The notes beneath the pieces are model-generated. The model did not search any database, was not told where the DNA came from, and was given only the letters and a program-made list of their open reading frames with translations. Positions 1-12,901 of a stretch of 55,348 nucleotides of DNA are shown piece after piece. The position numbers and the translations under genes are program-made. Origin of the DNA: Fimicolochytrium jonesii (taxonomy: Eukaryota); assembly GCF_025526975.1 (NCBI RefSeq), contig NW_026515679.1, forward strand, positions 744,001-799,348, in the 5' to 3' direction. The first letter of the stretch is position 1. Every line of letters starts with the position of its first letter.

Positions 1-262
1 CCGCGCGCATCGCTTTCCACTGTTTTAGCGCCTGACGACGACTAGATGACTGTATGCGCCCAGCTCAAGTTCACAGTACAGGCCCAGAGCTTTGGTTGAA
101 GTAATCTTATCATCGGTCTCCACTCGAATGGACCCCTTTTCATTACTGTTATATAACCCGCCTCATCGTTTTCGGAGATGAGCTATATCATTGTTGAATT
201 GTGCTAGCTGGAAGTGTTTCTTGAAGAACTATCCGAGTCCGTGGCTGGATCAGTCCCGATGT

Positions 263-2407
263 TCAATGAAGCTTCGTCGTGGGACGCGAGCCAGCGGCAT
301 GAGACTGAGACTGCGAAGCACTTCCCGTTTGGCGGGTGGCAAGATTCTTGTTGGATTGAATGGCATTTGCAAACTTCTCCATCATGATCGCAAAGACCTT
401 TGATTCGGGCCATAAGAGACATGGGAATGTTGACAACATAAGCATGCGTTCACAAGTTCATACATATCAGACATCGTTCCACTCACCTCCTGCATTTGAG
501 CCAGTTCGGAAACCACTGATTTACGATCCAAGTATCCGTCACGCAAAGCACTGAAGTCCATCTTGGTTGCCTGCTTCATGACGTTCTGCTCGCATCAACG
601 CTGAAGTTAGCTCACGTCGAGAATCTGAGGGCGCTCCGCATTCCTTCCGCCCCAATAGGTGCTGCATACCGATAGCTTCCGGAGTGGCATTGTGACGACA
701 AAACTGCTCGCCGCGGCGAAAAAAAGCATACCGACCGCCACAGCCACCGACGTGACGATAACTTTTTTCCGCGACGCGACGATAGGCGCGATGATGTCCG
801 TGGCCGGAACCGAAACGAGTATGAACCAGTCCATCCCGTAGTCAGTTACGCGGCGTGCTTGCACCCAAACATTTCCAATTGATGTGTCAAAGCTGCCCTC
901 CATGTACATCGGGTACTGGCTGTATGTGCCATACTTTTTTTTGAACCCAGCGGTCGGAACTGAAATCAGTTCCAAGGGGTGGGTCTCCGGGTGGTGGGCC
1001 ACGTAAACCGCTGTGCTTCCCGACCCAGTCACGTTCAGGACCTGATTCGGTCGGCTCACGGCGATTCTATGCGGAAGGTTCAGTGACAGCTCGGAGATAC
1101 ACATCCATAGGCGGATAAAACTCACATGCCGGCTGAGTCCCAGATTGCGATGATAGCATTGGGTGTCAAGGAGATTTCCTTTGAGCCGTGCGATACGGTT
1201 GGTATTAGAAAAGCTACAGGCATTCCAACAGCTACATATGTACCTGTAAGGTAGTCGACAGGCTCGCCAAAAAAAGGGTGGTGTCCATGTAACCGGTAGG
1301 GGGGACGATGGTATTCGCGCCTAAAGATACACCCTTACTGAACCGAAGGTTTGGGTTGTTACCGAAGATGAGACGCGATTGAGTTGTAACATAGAACGAT
1401 CCTTACGAGATGCCCCATATGAGGGAGCTGACACCCTGTGAATGATAGTCAGCTTCGTATCGAAGTGAACGTAGGATATCAGCGTCCAACAGTACCTTGA
1501 CCGTGATTGTACCGTCTGGAGCAGAAATTGGATACCAGAGCGAGGGGGTCCAAATGGCGAATGGCGGCATAAAGTCTAAGCCTGATTGGTGTAGAGTCTC
1601 GTTATGGACTTCCCACGGAACAACCTTGGGTGTGCGCTGGGTTTGAACAGACAGGGTTGCCGCATCCACGGCCGTGACAAGGAGTGCATCGCAGAACGGT
1701 ATTGCCGGATCTGTATGATTATAACAGTAGACGCCTGAATCCCCTGGCGAGACAAGAAGCAGGTCCCCCGCATCTAATCTGCCAAAGCCAACTCCGTTGA
1801 CTAGTGGCTGGTGAAACACCGATTCATAAAACGACAACACCCTGATGAAAGCAAGGGCGCGACTCAGCTTGTATCCTCTGATGGTTCTCCTGTAGAAGGT
1901 AAGAAGCACTCACATGTCTGTGTCCCCGAGGAAGTCATGTGGGACGCCTGGTTGCAGGGCGTTGAGGACTCGAACGAACGCAGGAAGTCCCGCCACAGCT
2001 TGCGTCGTCTGATAAACGGAGGCCCCAATAAATCGTACTGCGTACTCCATTATTCATTAGCAGGAGGGTGACACCAATAAGGTAGAGCACAACACAATAA
2101 GCACCTTTCGAAGCGGCGATATCCGCATAGTTCGTCAGAAGCGAGGAAACCACAATGTCGACGGTTTGGTTAGCCCCACCATAGGCCAAGAGGGCAACTG
2201 GCAGGACAATGGCCATCGCCACGATAAGGGTTGATACTGCGGTTCAAGCAAAGGAGGTCAGTCACAAATGCGCTGTCGCCGTTATGATGGCAATTTGAAC
2301 AAACTACCGAGCAATAGAAGTGGCAAAGGGACCGCAAACCCCTTCAACTGCCTTGCGGGACCCTCAGAACCCTGGGCCTGTTTCTTTTCAACGTCGTCTC
2401 CTTGCAT
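263..2407 (-). CDS. Intron-containing host membrane protein: TM - extracellular Cache-like domain - TM - HAMP-like linker
   Basis: Co-oriented minus-strand ORF pieces: 2282-2545 (MQGDDVEKK..LLLLGSLF), 1935-2222 (hydrophobic MAMAIVLPVALLAY), 1403-1909, 607-1125 (DWFILVSVPATDIIAPI..TM..TMPLRKLS), 382-579 (MKQATKMDFS..SELAQMQE, HAMP-like) and 263-445. Exon boundaries are not resolved. Confidence 0.6.
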
Positions 2408-2951
2408 CTTGGTGGAACTAAAGGATCTATCGGTTCTCCTCCAACTGAAGGCACCTTTCTGGAAACCAACTTTTATATAAATTTGTGGTGGAAACGGGGC
2501 GCCGCGGCCAGGCCCCGAGCAGGCTGAGTAGTCGGACTTCGCCACGGATGGAGATTCGACAGCGTGAACCCGGCATTTGGTTTGCGCCTGGAGATTTATT
2601 TCGCCGGAAGAACCAAATCATCTCATCATGCACCACATGTCGAACGGCAGAATACCACCAACTGTAAGGCATTTCCGGGGAAACTTAGGTGAGATCTCTA
2701 ACATTCCGGTCCCCCTCCTTTTTCAGGAACGCCTCTCGTTATGCACATACACACACATCATCTGATATCGTCAATTGAGCTCTGGAAAACAACTTTTATA
2801 CGTACAATAACGTTTTCAAAGTTTGAAGGGCTGGAGCCACGCTTATTAGACCAACACGCATCCAATATTTTGCTTAAGCTTCGTGTGTAATGAATTCATT
2901 CAATGCTACAATACTTATCACAGTCTCCGCTCCCCGCTCGATTCGCGAGGC

Positions 2952-2965
2952 TTAGGTTAGGGTTA
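2952..2965 (+). repeat. Short telomere-like tract TTAGGTTAGGGTTA
   Basis: Seen directly; abuts the truncated end of the retrotransposon protease. Confidence 0.6.
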
Positions 2966-4037
2966 ATGAAGTAGGATCGGAGCGTGGGGTGACTCGGTGA
3001 CATGGAAGACGATCTCTTCGAAGTGGTCATCAATCCACAGCAACATCAACGTCCCCTGTTGGTTGAACTCGTTGACGGTCAAGGAAGGTTGGGTGTGATT
3101 GGTGATTGGCCCAGCGGAGCTGGGTTGACCGTCAACGAGTTCAACCAACAGGGGACGTTGATGTTGGACAAGGGGGATGCGGTGCTTGCGGGCGAAGTCG
3201 TCGTCGATGAAGCAGGACAGAGCACCGTTGTGGATCATGGCAGAGGTGGATATCGGGGCTCGGCTGGACGCTACCATGATAGTGACCGGATAGTTGAAGG
3301 GTTCGACAGGACCCAGCACAAGCGTTGCGCGTGGGTTAATTTCGGAGTTTTCGACATGGGCAGAGGCTAGGAGGGTTGTGTCGGCTATAACAAAAACGGG
3401 AACCAGGGGAGCGGCATCTTCCGTTGCAGGAGCTGCGGGGTTAGGAGGCCCGGAGGAGCGTGTTTTGTCCAGTCGCTGGGGCTTTATTGCGGATGGACTT
3501 TGGGAAAACCCTGTTCTGCGGGGGTTTCTTTGATGTCAATGTTGGCCGCGCGGGTAGGTTTCATGTGTTTATTGGGGCAGGCTCTGGCAATGTGGCTGGG
3601 TTTGGCGCAATAGAGGCAGAGGTTGTTGTCTATGCCTCGCTGGCGTTCTTGGGAGGTCAGGGGACCGTGGGAGCGGGCAGCATCTATCTGCATCGGCTTG
3701 CTGGTATCCACAGAAGTAGTCGGCGAGGTATATTTGGTTGGGGCAACGGGGAAGGTTTGGCGGGCACTCCATGCGACGTTCATAAAGGCGACATACTAGT
3801 AAGTGTGAGAACGGGGGGCATGGTGAGCATGAGATCCTTGACATCATGCATAAGACCTGCACGGAAGGGGGCCATCAAGGCGTCGTCGTTCCAGGACACA
3901 TCGCAGGCGAGCCGACGGAAATTGGTGACATATTCAGTGGCGGAGCGGATTTGTCTGAGGCGTTCAATGCGGGACTTGGCGGAGCAGGTGCACTTAGCAG
4001 TAGTCGGCAGAGGAAGCAGATGACTGAGCGAACTCTA
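2966..4037 (-). pseudogene. Ty3/Gypsy retrotransposon gag-protease remnant
   Basis: Gag-like ATEYVTNFRRLACDVSWNDDALMAPFRAGL, CCHC knuckle LCLYCAKPSHIARACP, and degenerate aspartic protease AMIHNGALSCFID. Frameshifted; no RT or integrase follows. Confidence 0.8.
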
Positions 4038-4226
4038 TGTTGTGTGAGATGTAGTACTGTGAAGTATGTATTGAAGTCTCTAGTGTAAAGAGGACGCGAG
4101 GTCCGAAAGGGAAGAAAAGAGTGAAGTCCCGTATGCGGAAGCGTGGCGTAAGCGGGAGGGGAGTCACGTGAGGAGATAAACTACTGGAACCCTAACCGGG
4201 GACTCGCGAGGATGATACCTCCAACA
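4038..4226 (-). mobile_element. 189-bp LTR (TGTTG...CAACA) with adjacent polypurine tract, probably the 3' LTR of a Copia-like element abutting the Gypsy gag
   Basis: Terminal 5-bp inverted repeats at 4038 and 4226; the minus strand reads TTTGAGCGGGGG immediately before TGTTGG. Confidence 0.55.
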
Positions 4227-5255
4227 CCCCCGCTCAAACTCACGAGTCTATCTAAGTGAAAGATAAAGCAAACAATGAGTACAATGGTGCGGCCGTACGC
4301 GAAAAGCGGGTGGTGTAGTAGTGCGTTTCGAACTGCGCATGAAATCGATAATATTCCGACGCCGATTATACGCCTAGAATCTTCGACGAGCGAATGAAAT
4401 CACCTTTATATGACAACTTCAAAATACCGTCCAAACTCCCAACAATAAATTGACACACTCGCATTCCCGACACTCCGACAATCACCAAATACAACTACCT
4501 TTACCGAAACCTTGCTTCACAACGACATTTTGTCCTCGGATACGACTGACATGCGAAAAATGTAGGCGTAGGAGAGGATCTCACACATGAAAGCACCCCC
4601 GACCCGACTCTCAACCAACCAGAAGCTCCTACGACGCCCGAAACGCTAAAGAAATCACCTGCAAAACGAGAAAACCAATTTCCGGCGGCCGTCTACGCCG
4701 AACGTTGCAGAAAACCCCAAGAAAAGATTAGCGATAAGACTGTATCAGCGCCAAAATTGCGAATGGAAAAAGGAAAAACTACGTAGACCGCCGCAGGAAA
4801 AGAGAAAAAAGTCCCCAACATAGCTAAATCCTCTAGAGACGACTAGTAGAGAGTTTGGACTTTGACAAAATCCTGTAGCCTAGAAAAATCCATATAAAAA
4901 CCCGCCTGTTTTCCCCAAACCTTTGTACGATACGCAGAACACAGATCCTGATCAACAAGAGAGCTTTCTACTTCTCTACTCCCAGACGACTTCTTTCAGT
5001 TTCGGATAGACTTTCAAGGCGCGCTCATAGACCCGGAGAGCATAGACGAGATGTCGGGGATATCTCATATTCACTTGTATTTCATATTGTATCTGTTTAC
5101 TTCTACTTGATCCGAGACCCGGGCTGGCCACCCGAGCTCTTGGTGATACATTACAGAAGGCGCCAAGCCTCACTGAAGCCACGCAAGCCCCGCTGGCAGC
5201 CCATATATAAAGCTGTCAGTCGAGCGGCCGCTGCAAAGAGCTTCTTACTTTTTTC

Positions 5256-5278
5256 TTAGGGTTAGGGTTAGGGTTAGG
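5256..5278 (+). repeat. Short interstitial telomeric tract (about 4 TTAGGG units)
   Basis: Seen directly. Confidence 0.9.
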
Positions 5279-7068
5279 CCACGTAGCATTTCGACAAAAC
5301 TGATCTTGTCATCAGAATCTCAGTATGTAAATGAGGAAGTGAACGTAAGGCAAGTGTTTGACGAGTTGGCGAGGGTTATGTGCGTTTGGCAACATGTGCA
5401 ATCAAAGAACGCAGGCGAGATGGCCGCTGACTTGAAGTGTAAGTCGAAATGTACAATAGCAGCTCGTGCGGAGGGAGTGATATTCAATATAGCGCAACTT
5501 GCAGGATATTTAGAGGGAGGTCCGTAAAATAGTCATTCACGTAACTTTCACAATCGTTAACCACATACCACATACAAAGCCAATGTTTTGTTTCTAACTT
5601 GATTATAACACCAATCGAACAAAGTTTTCAATGTCCCACCACGTCCTTGAACTCCCACAACAATGTTTGACTCGGAATTCGTTGAGTCTTAATATCATAT
5701 CCATTAGAGCCGCGCGGGGTACAGCCCCAAGCTACAACCACATGATGATGGTATACACTCTACCATGAGTACTCCGTATTAGCTCTGCCGATGCTTTCCA
5801 CAATTTACATCTTTCACAACTGGAGTTTGCGGATGAAGCTCCGAATATAGGTAGCGAAACCATGGTGCAACCATGGGGTAAAGTGTCAGGTGTGTTGGTT
5901 GTGGTCGTCGTTGGTTTGGCCATTCAGTCAAGGAAGGCTCAGAAGGGCCGGGAATGATGTTAAAAATGCAAGAGGAGCCCGAAGCTTGCAACTGGGTCTT
6001 ATGCAGGGGCGCGGGACAGCCAAATTCAGCACTGAGACGCTCAATGATGTTGGAATATGTGTATTCGGGAGGTAGTTTACAAAATGCTTTATTCGGGAGA
6101 GAATTCACGGATCAACGCACTTTTTCTTCAATACAATCAGATCTGAACGAAGCATCTAAGGGCTCTGTAAACAAAAAGTCGCATTTGACTGTCCACCCAA
6201 CTACCACTTGGCACGAGCCCCCAGCCACTGGCCTTGAGTGATGCCAGCATGGCCGGCGATGGTGATGGCAAAGTCGCAGCCGTCGACAAAAGTGTTGGCC
6301 TTGCAGATTTTGCTGCACGCAGTACCTTCGTTGGCCCACTGATACGGAATCCGGAATTTGTCGCCGCAAACCGTCTTGAGCTTGGCGTCCGTGGCAAAGA
6401 GACCTTCCTGGTCTTTGCTAACTTGATCACTTGTCTGATCAGCAATGGTGAGGGTTTGCGAGTTCTCCTGGTTGAAAGGAGTAGTCCCTTTTGGGAAACA
6501 TTCTTTGGTGATGCTGTTCCAAACAAAGAAGGCGGCTTTGGGAGAGGGAACTGCGCTGACAGCGTTGGCACATTCGTAAGCACTGTTGGGTACAGTAGGT
6601 TAGCAGGAAGCCGGCGAAGCCGATCGAACCACTTTCTGTTCAACTCAGCTCACCTGTTGTACTTGTGCTTGAAGACTGGGTGGGACGGCAGATCTTGAAT
6701 GTCCTTCAGATCTCGGTTCTCAAGAATAGTCCAACTCACTGCTGGTGCATGCAGCGGCCGCCGGAGCATCGGGAGATGGAGCAGCTGGAGCAGGGAACGT
6801 GCCGCTGGCGACAAAGGCGGCGAGGACAGGGGCGAGGAAGGCAAGGGTAGCGTGCATCTTGAATAGACGGAAGAAACGTGTAACTGATGCTTGTTGAGGG
6901 GAGACGAGTGCGACTGAAAGTTGCTTCGTTTGATGTGACTGCTGATGATTGCTAAGTTCGGAGGAAACCCCACTGGCTCCTCCTATTTATACAGTGCGCC
7001 AGCTGGCTGCCCTCAGTGGGCCCTATCAGTAAGTGCTTTCAGGACACTGAATGTCCTGCCTGTCGCCC

Positions 7069-7071
7069 GGG

Positions 7072-7112
<41 letters not shown>

Positions 7113-7231
7113 GGTTAGGGTTAGGGTTAGGGTTAGGGTTAGGGTTAGGGTTAGGGTTAGGGTTAGGGTTAGGGTTAGGATTAGGGTTAGGGTTAGGGTT
7201 AGGGTTAGGGTTAGGGTTAGGGTAAGGGTTA
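7069..7231 (+). repeat. Interstitial telomeric tract (TTAGGG)n
   Basis: Seen directly, with a few variant units. Confidence 0.98.
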
Positions 7232-8416
7232 CAAAGGGGGTGCTGGGTTCAGGGTTTTGAGGTGACCCTCTCAAACAAGGTTCAGCCAATAACTAAAGAT
7301 GTAGTTTGAGGGATTTCGAGCCCCGGGACAGAAATTTGGGAACCCATTTTGCGCGTAACTTGAGAAAAAAGCAAAACAAAGTTTTTTACTTAGTACATCT
7401 GGCGGAAATCTGACTTTATTGAAGTTACACGCAAAATGGGTTCCCAAATTTCTGTCCAGGTCTCCGAAACAAACCTATCTACATTTCTTATTAAGATCAG
7501 AGGACCCTAACGCGAATCCATCAAGTAGCTTTCTAATTGGTGTGTGATTTCCACTTAGTAATAGAATAAGTTGGACTTATCAGCATATACGAGAGACTTA
7601 TGTACAGGGATCTGAGCAATAATTGGGAATGTGTGGGAATGCCAATCAGGGAGACAGGCAAAGATGTGGGAACCCATTTTGCACGTAACTTGAGAAAAGT
7701 GCCAACTTGCATTTCCGACTTAGTGATATTACACATATGACCTATAGACGTATGTGAAGGACTTGCGGATGAGTGTTTGACTGATAATGGGGAATGTATT
7801 GAAATGCAAATCAAGGAGATAGGCAAAAATCTGGGAACCCATTTTGCATGTAACTTGAGAAAAGTGCCAACTGGCATTAGGGTCTTAGTGATATTACACA
7901 TATGACCTATAGACGTATGTGAAGGACTTTGCACAATTTAAGAAAACATATCAGAGGAACTGGAGAAAACACTCCTGGGGACTTAGCAAATTTCTGCACA
8001 CACTCTTGGGGACTTTGGGGACTTTGGAAATTTCTGAAAGTCAAGCAGACTGTGTTCTCCAGTTTCTCAGGCCAGCACCTCTAGCCAAAAATCCGCATGA
8101 ATCCAAACTTTTTTTTGTCACACATAAAACTAATACATTTTAAAGGAAGATCCCACATTGTATGCTAACTAAATGTTGTCCTTCTCTGGTGACTCCACTG
8201 CTCCTTCAGCAAAGCGTTCCATTTGATCACCAAAGACCCGTCGTCCCTCCTCGTTCAGCTCAACCCAAAGGAACCAATCATTCCAATATTCCATCAGAAT
8301 GGCATTGAGTGCCCATTCCTTTTCCGCATAACTATGACTTGTCTGCAACTTTCCCGATGCATTCCAGTAACGATAGCGGTTGTCCCTTTTTCCCTTTCCA
8401 CGCCACGCAATGCAAT
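7232..8416. repeat. Telomere-associated element A, interrupted by PLV copy 1
   Basis: Starts GGGTTA|CAAAGG. Contains a ~36-bp inverted repeat (7326-7361/7421-7456), a ~165-bp-period direct repeat (7667-7929) and the 3' end of a minus-strand ORF (8169-8416) cut at the PLV palindrome. Confidence 0.55.
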
Positions 8417-9266
8417 TGTCACAGTCCACCCTATGGTATATACCATAGGGTGGACTGTGACAGATCCTATAGTAAAAAAGAAGACTCCCATAGTATAGAA
8501 TGGACTGACCCATAGTTCGAAACTGCTCTGCCGGATCCCATAGTAAAAGAATTGTCACATATCACCTTATTCAACTTTTAAACATTCCCCTCCATGACAT
8601 CGGATCACGTGACGGCACATGACTTCTCTCCATTCATTTCGAGTCACATTGCGTCATCTTCTGTCATTCCGCCGCTGTCCTGTCAACCGTCAATCCGTCA
8701 CGCGTTCCCTCCATTCCGCTCATGACCGCCGCCATTCCTCTCAAACCTCTTTAACTTAACCTTCGCCTCCGTCCACAGCCGTAGACACTTTCTTCACATC
8801 GTCCCTCTACATCCACCTCTACATTCACTTATTCGTTTTTGTTAACGTCAACTCTACCTAGTTGTTCTCCGATTGGTGACAACGTGAAATAAGTTATACG
8901 ACTTTTACACGTTGTCACCTTTCGGAGAACAACAATGCTTCTCACACGTTTCTCTTCGTTCCTCTTGGAAAAAAGAGGGAAAATAAATGACGCCTCCCCA
9001 CCCACCCCTCCATTCACTCTTTCGTTTCTGCTACAGTCACATTCTACCCACTTGTTCTCCGATCGGTGACAAAGTGAAATAAGTTATACGACTTTTACAC
9101 GTTGTCACCTTTCGGAGAACAACAATGCTCCTCACACGTTTCTCTCCGTTCCTCTTGGAAAAAAAAGGGAAAATAAATGACGCCTCCCCACCACCCCCTT
9201 CAACAATGCAATGAAGACCATATCTTATTCACAACACTACAACATTATTTGCAAGATCTAATAAAC

Positions 9267-9689
9267 TCAATCGCAAATCTCTTCTATCTCTTCACGCATG
9301 TCGAACAACTTTTGCTGCACTGTCTCACCCCCCGCCATCTGTTTCTTATTTTCATCATCCATTCCGCTGCCGGAAGCCCACTCGTTGGGCATGGAGATAC
9401 TCTCTGTGACAGCGTTATTCTTGACAAACTCTAATTTTCCCGGCTTGTCAAAGCAAGCCCATTCCTTTTTCTCGTTTTCAATCCAACGGTCGTATAGTTT
9501 TCGCCAGACAGGTTTCATGATGGAATTGAATCTGCAAAAGTCCCGTTCGTATTCTTTGCATTCCCAACCTGAACCCATTATCGTACCAGTGATGAATCGG
9601 CAGCGAGTTATGAAGTCCTCGTCGGAGATCTTTTCGCGGTGCGAAACTGCCATTAACCTTTTGACAAGCGGTTTACTTAAAAAAGACAT
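9267..9689 (-). CDS. Hypothetical 140-aa protein (copy-1-specific subterminal cassette)
   Basis: Clean ORF occupying the slot held by 17529-18089 in copy 2. Confidence 0.65.
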   Translation of the reverse strand: MSFLSKPLVKRLMAVSHREKISDEDFITRCRFITGTIMGSGWECKEYERDFCRFNSIMKPVWRKLYDRWIENEKKEWACFDKPGKLEFVKNNAVTESISMPNEWASGSGMDDENKKQMAGGETVQQKLFDMREEIEEICD

Positions 9690-10009
9690 GTTTAATGCTC
9701 ACGTCTCCAATCTGCACCTTGTCGCTTTTATATGAATCTTGGTGTGGGACCGGAACCAAATCCGATAACAACTTGCATTCGATAATCACTGCCAAGAAAT
9801 GAGGGTATACCACATGAGCAGCGGTCATCCATCTCAAAACAAATCTTGGTGCGGGACCAGAACCAAATCCGATAACAACTTACACTCGATAATAACTCCT
9901 GACATCATCGGATTTTCATTATCGATATTAACCTAATTCACATAAAAGTGACCGCACTATAGGTTCCTAAATTTATTCTTTCCTTATTTCAAAAGGAAAC
10001 CTATTAAAT

Positions 10010-11176
10010 ATGTCCGAATTTCTATTGAAAACCGCCGATTTGTCTCAATTTCTGGATCGTAATAAGGCTGATTTTGCGAATACTTCTAGAGAAGTTAAAC
10101 GATTTCAGCAACATGGAGTATTTGACTCGATTGAACGATTATCCGCTTTGAATGAAGTTAAAAGTCTGATCAATAAATCCAAAATCTCTGCTCGCACTCC
10201 GAACGGGATCTCGAATAAATCCATGTCCGATGCCATAGGTAAAGTCCACCGGATCTTCAAAAACGCGGGATATGAAAGATTGAATATAAGCCCCGAGTTA
10301 TTCGATAAGACGAGAAAGCCTTTGGCGGACGAATCTCACAGATTGAACAACGAATATAATGCGAGGAGACGTCAAGGAATTCAACCCGAAATTTGAAAAG
10401 AAGACTGGCAATCCGTTATGAAGGCAATGAAGAAGTATTATGAAGATAATCTTATGGAAATCTTCGATATGAACACTCCGAGTCTTTACCAGATTCAGTC
10501 CTTGCAAGATGGAATCATTGGGCTTTTCGTTTGTTATTTTTACAATGTTCGCGCGAACTTTGCAAACTTGAAAATATTCAATCGGGATGGCGTAGATTGG
10601 AATAAAGACAATATTTTCATCTTTGATCAAAGGGACCCGAAAAAGGAAGGAAATGCGTCAATCTTATGGAATGATCGAAAGGCTGATCGCATCAAGAAAA
10701 GAAAACTTGCGAAAATTGACGGAGTCGAGGATAAAGATCTGAACGGGTCGTATTTGCAGTTCTTTACCGCTCCGCCGCACAGCGATATTGTGGATGTGGA
10801 TCCTAAATACGTCTGTGACATTTTACTTCGATTTATTCAAAAGTTCCGCAAAGAAGGGAATCTGATCTTCCTGGATGCAAAAGGCAAGGAGTTCAAGATG
10901 GATACATTTCGAGAGCACATTCAAGCGATTATGGAAAAGGCATGCGGTCAAAAACATGGGATTCGTCTTTGTCGCAAGGTACAGATCACCCATCTCCGTA
11001 AAAATGGTATCTCGCGAGCCTCTTCCATTTTCCTAGCAGACAATTGCCACCACAATGAGGAGGAAAATCTGAACTACTGCAGTGATGCTGTTCCGAAACC
11101 TACTGCCGGTTCCTCTCAAACTCCCGCAGGCAGACCCGGAGCATTGATATTAGATCTTGGCTCCCATGTCGATTGA
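10010..11176 (+). pseudogene. Tyrosine-recombinase-like gene, disrupted copy
   Basis: Same as 18435-19571, but TGG ATT is changed to TGA AAA at 10394 and there is a +1 base near 11130. Confidence 0.8.
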
Positions 11177-12501
11177 CTTAATGGATAATTACGATATTTT
11201 ACTAAATATTCGACTATAGTCCTTTTGCCTACTTTTCTTGTTCGTTTATCTGCAATATATTCCACTTCATATTCTACGTCTTTGTTTAATCTCCCCGACC
11301 GCCTGGGAGGGGGTTGAATCGCTTCCTCTTCCTCGTCCTCTTCACCCTGTCCATCATCCGGTGGTTCAAGATTCTCTACAGTCCGTGGGCGTTCGATACG
11401 CTGGTAAGGTGTAGGTACAAGCAATAATTGCGATCTTGCAAAAAGTCCTTTCTCGATCGTCCCATCTTGACTTTTAAGTTTGTAGGATGGTAATTGATTT
11501 TCATATGGTGATGCCACCACACCTGCGATTGTGTATAGTTCCGGTGCAAAGTATCCTGTCCTGCTTGGTTTCTTAATGTTTGTTCCAGAATATGGAAACA
11601 CCTTTCTCACCGTTTCTCCAACCTTCAAAGTTGTTGCTCCACGAACATTCACACTTTTTGCCGCACGACGCAAAATATTACCACCCGCTTCTGAATGAGT
11701 CGCAGAATCTGGAGCAGATTCCTCTATTTCATCCGGTGATTTGCGCGTAGTCGAATTGAAAGTGGAATTCAACGAATCTATCAATCCGGGCAGTGCCGTT
11801 ACCCAGTCCTTGTTCCCTGTTGTTTCCATGAATATGGAGATCTGTTTACGAACAGATGCATTAGATCGCTCGATTATTCCATTCGACCATGGCTGATGTG
11901 GACGTGTTGTAAAATGTGGAACATTGATACTTTCTAAGTACTGGTCAAACACGTTTGCAAATTCGCCCCCATTGTCACTTACTAAACGCGTGAATGTCAT
12001 ATTGGGATTCTCCCTTATAATCTCGCGTAGTGCCCTTGTGCATTCCGCTGCTGTCTTTCCCTTTATCGCTTTTCCGTAGAGTTTTCTTGAAAATGTGTCA
12101 ATCATACTGAAAACCGCACTAAACCCTCTGTAAGAATCGCTTGACATATCCATTGTATCACATTGAAATGATCCTAATGAGGTAGAAACGATAGCACGTA
12201 CACCAGTCGCTCGAACGGGTCTCCTGAATTTCTGTGCTATCGGTTGTCTCGATAGCCAGTTCATTACTTGTCTTCGAGATATGTTATTTTGCGGATCTTT
12301 CCGCAACATGAAATATAGACGATCGCGTCCATAGAAGTTTCGTCCTTCATAGAATAATGCTTTCAGTTTCCCTTCTTGCTCCGGGGTTAACGGCGGAGTC
12401 ATTGATCTTTGCTTATTGACCAGAAATTTAATCAGTTTCTGGTCATTTTTGTCATTGTTCGGTAAAAATTGATAAAACACCTGAATCTTTTTCTCGGGCA
12501 T
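11116..12501 (-). CDS. rve integrase with C-terminal chromodomain (copy 1)
   Basis: FQCDTMD / SDNGGEF / NGIIERSN DDE triad plus chromodomain; last few residues altered by a frameshift. Confidence 0.9.
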   Translation of the reverse strand: MPEKKIQVFYQFLPNNDKNDQKLIKFLVNKQRSMTPPLTPEQEGKLKALFYEGRNFYGRDRLYFMLRKDPQNNISRRQVMNWLSRQPIAQKFRRPVRATGVRAIVSTSLGSFQCDTMDMSSDSYRGFSAVFSMIDTFSRKLYGKAIKGKTAAECTRALREIIRENPNMTFTRLVSDNGGEFANVFDQYLESINVPHFTTRPHQPWSNGIIERSNASVRKQISIFMETTGNKDWVTALPGLIDSLNSTFNSTTRKSPDEIEESAPDSATHSEAGGNILRRAAKSVNVRGATTLKVGETVRKVFPYSGTNIKKPSRTGYFAPELYTIAGVVASPYENQLPSYKLKSQDGTIEKGLFARSQLLLVPTPYQRIERPRTVENLEPPDDGQGEEDEEEEAIQPPPRRSGRLNKDVEYEVEYIADKRTRKVGKRTIVEYLVKYRNYPLSQSTWEPRSNINAPGLPAGV

Positions 12502-12670
12502 GAGACGCTCAGTAAAGAGGTCATGCTATATAGGCAAAGATTCGAAAAAGCCTGAAAATGCACAACCCAAAATAATAAAATGGCTCAGGAGTTTGGTCGC
12601 GCGGAAGTCTTTGTTGCTCAACTCGTAGAATAGTTTTTCGTCTTATTCAGGACGGAAATCTTGGAAATCT

Positions 12671-12880
12671 TCAAGCGGTCTTTTTCCGCCTAGTGACTTT
12701 TGGTTTTACCTGGTCGTCTAAAATCTTCTGTACCAATGCTTCTGCCATTTCCTTCTGTAAGGATTCGAGTATTTCTTTTCTGGAGTTTTCGTTAACGTCT
12801 AACCAAAGGCGATCTTGCGAAAGCGCTGCTAATACGGTGTCATACGTTTCCTTTGTTACAATTTCTGGTATATAGAACAT
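12671..12880 (-). CDS. Hypothetical 69-aa protein
   Basis: Identical in both PLV copies. Confidence 0.55.
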   Translation of the reverse strand: MFYIPEIVTKETYDTVLAALSQDRLWLDVNENSRKEILESLQKEMAEALVQKILDDQVKPKVTRRKKTA

Positions 12881-12901
12881 TTCTATTCAAAAACCAACAA
12901 T

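Noticed and set aside
5306..6973. Possible spliced or decayed minus-strand gene (TATA-like near 6985, several partial ORFs)
   Set aside because: No recognisable domain or consistent frame, so no product can be supported.
7026..7289. ORFs with RVRVRV / LGLGLG / NPNPNP / LTLTLT runs (also 42435-42738, 44761-44949, 48119-48334, 51135-51365)
   Set aside because: Translations of telomeric repeats.
8169..8558. 129-aa, 80-aa and 257-aa ORFs starting inside the virus terminus
   Set aside because: Chimeric frames crossing the palindrome into different flanks.
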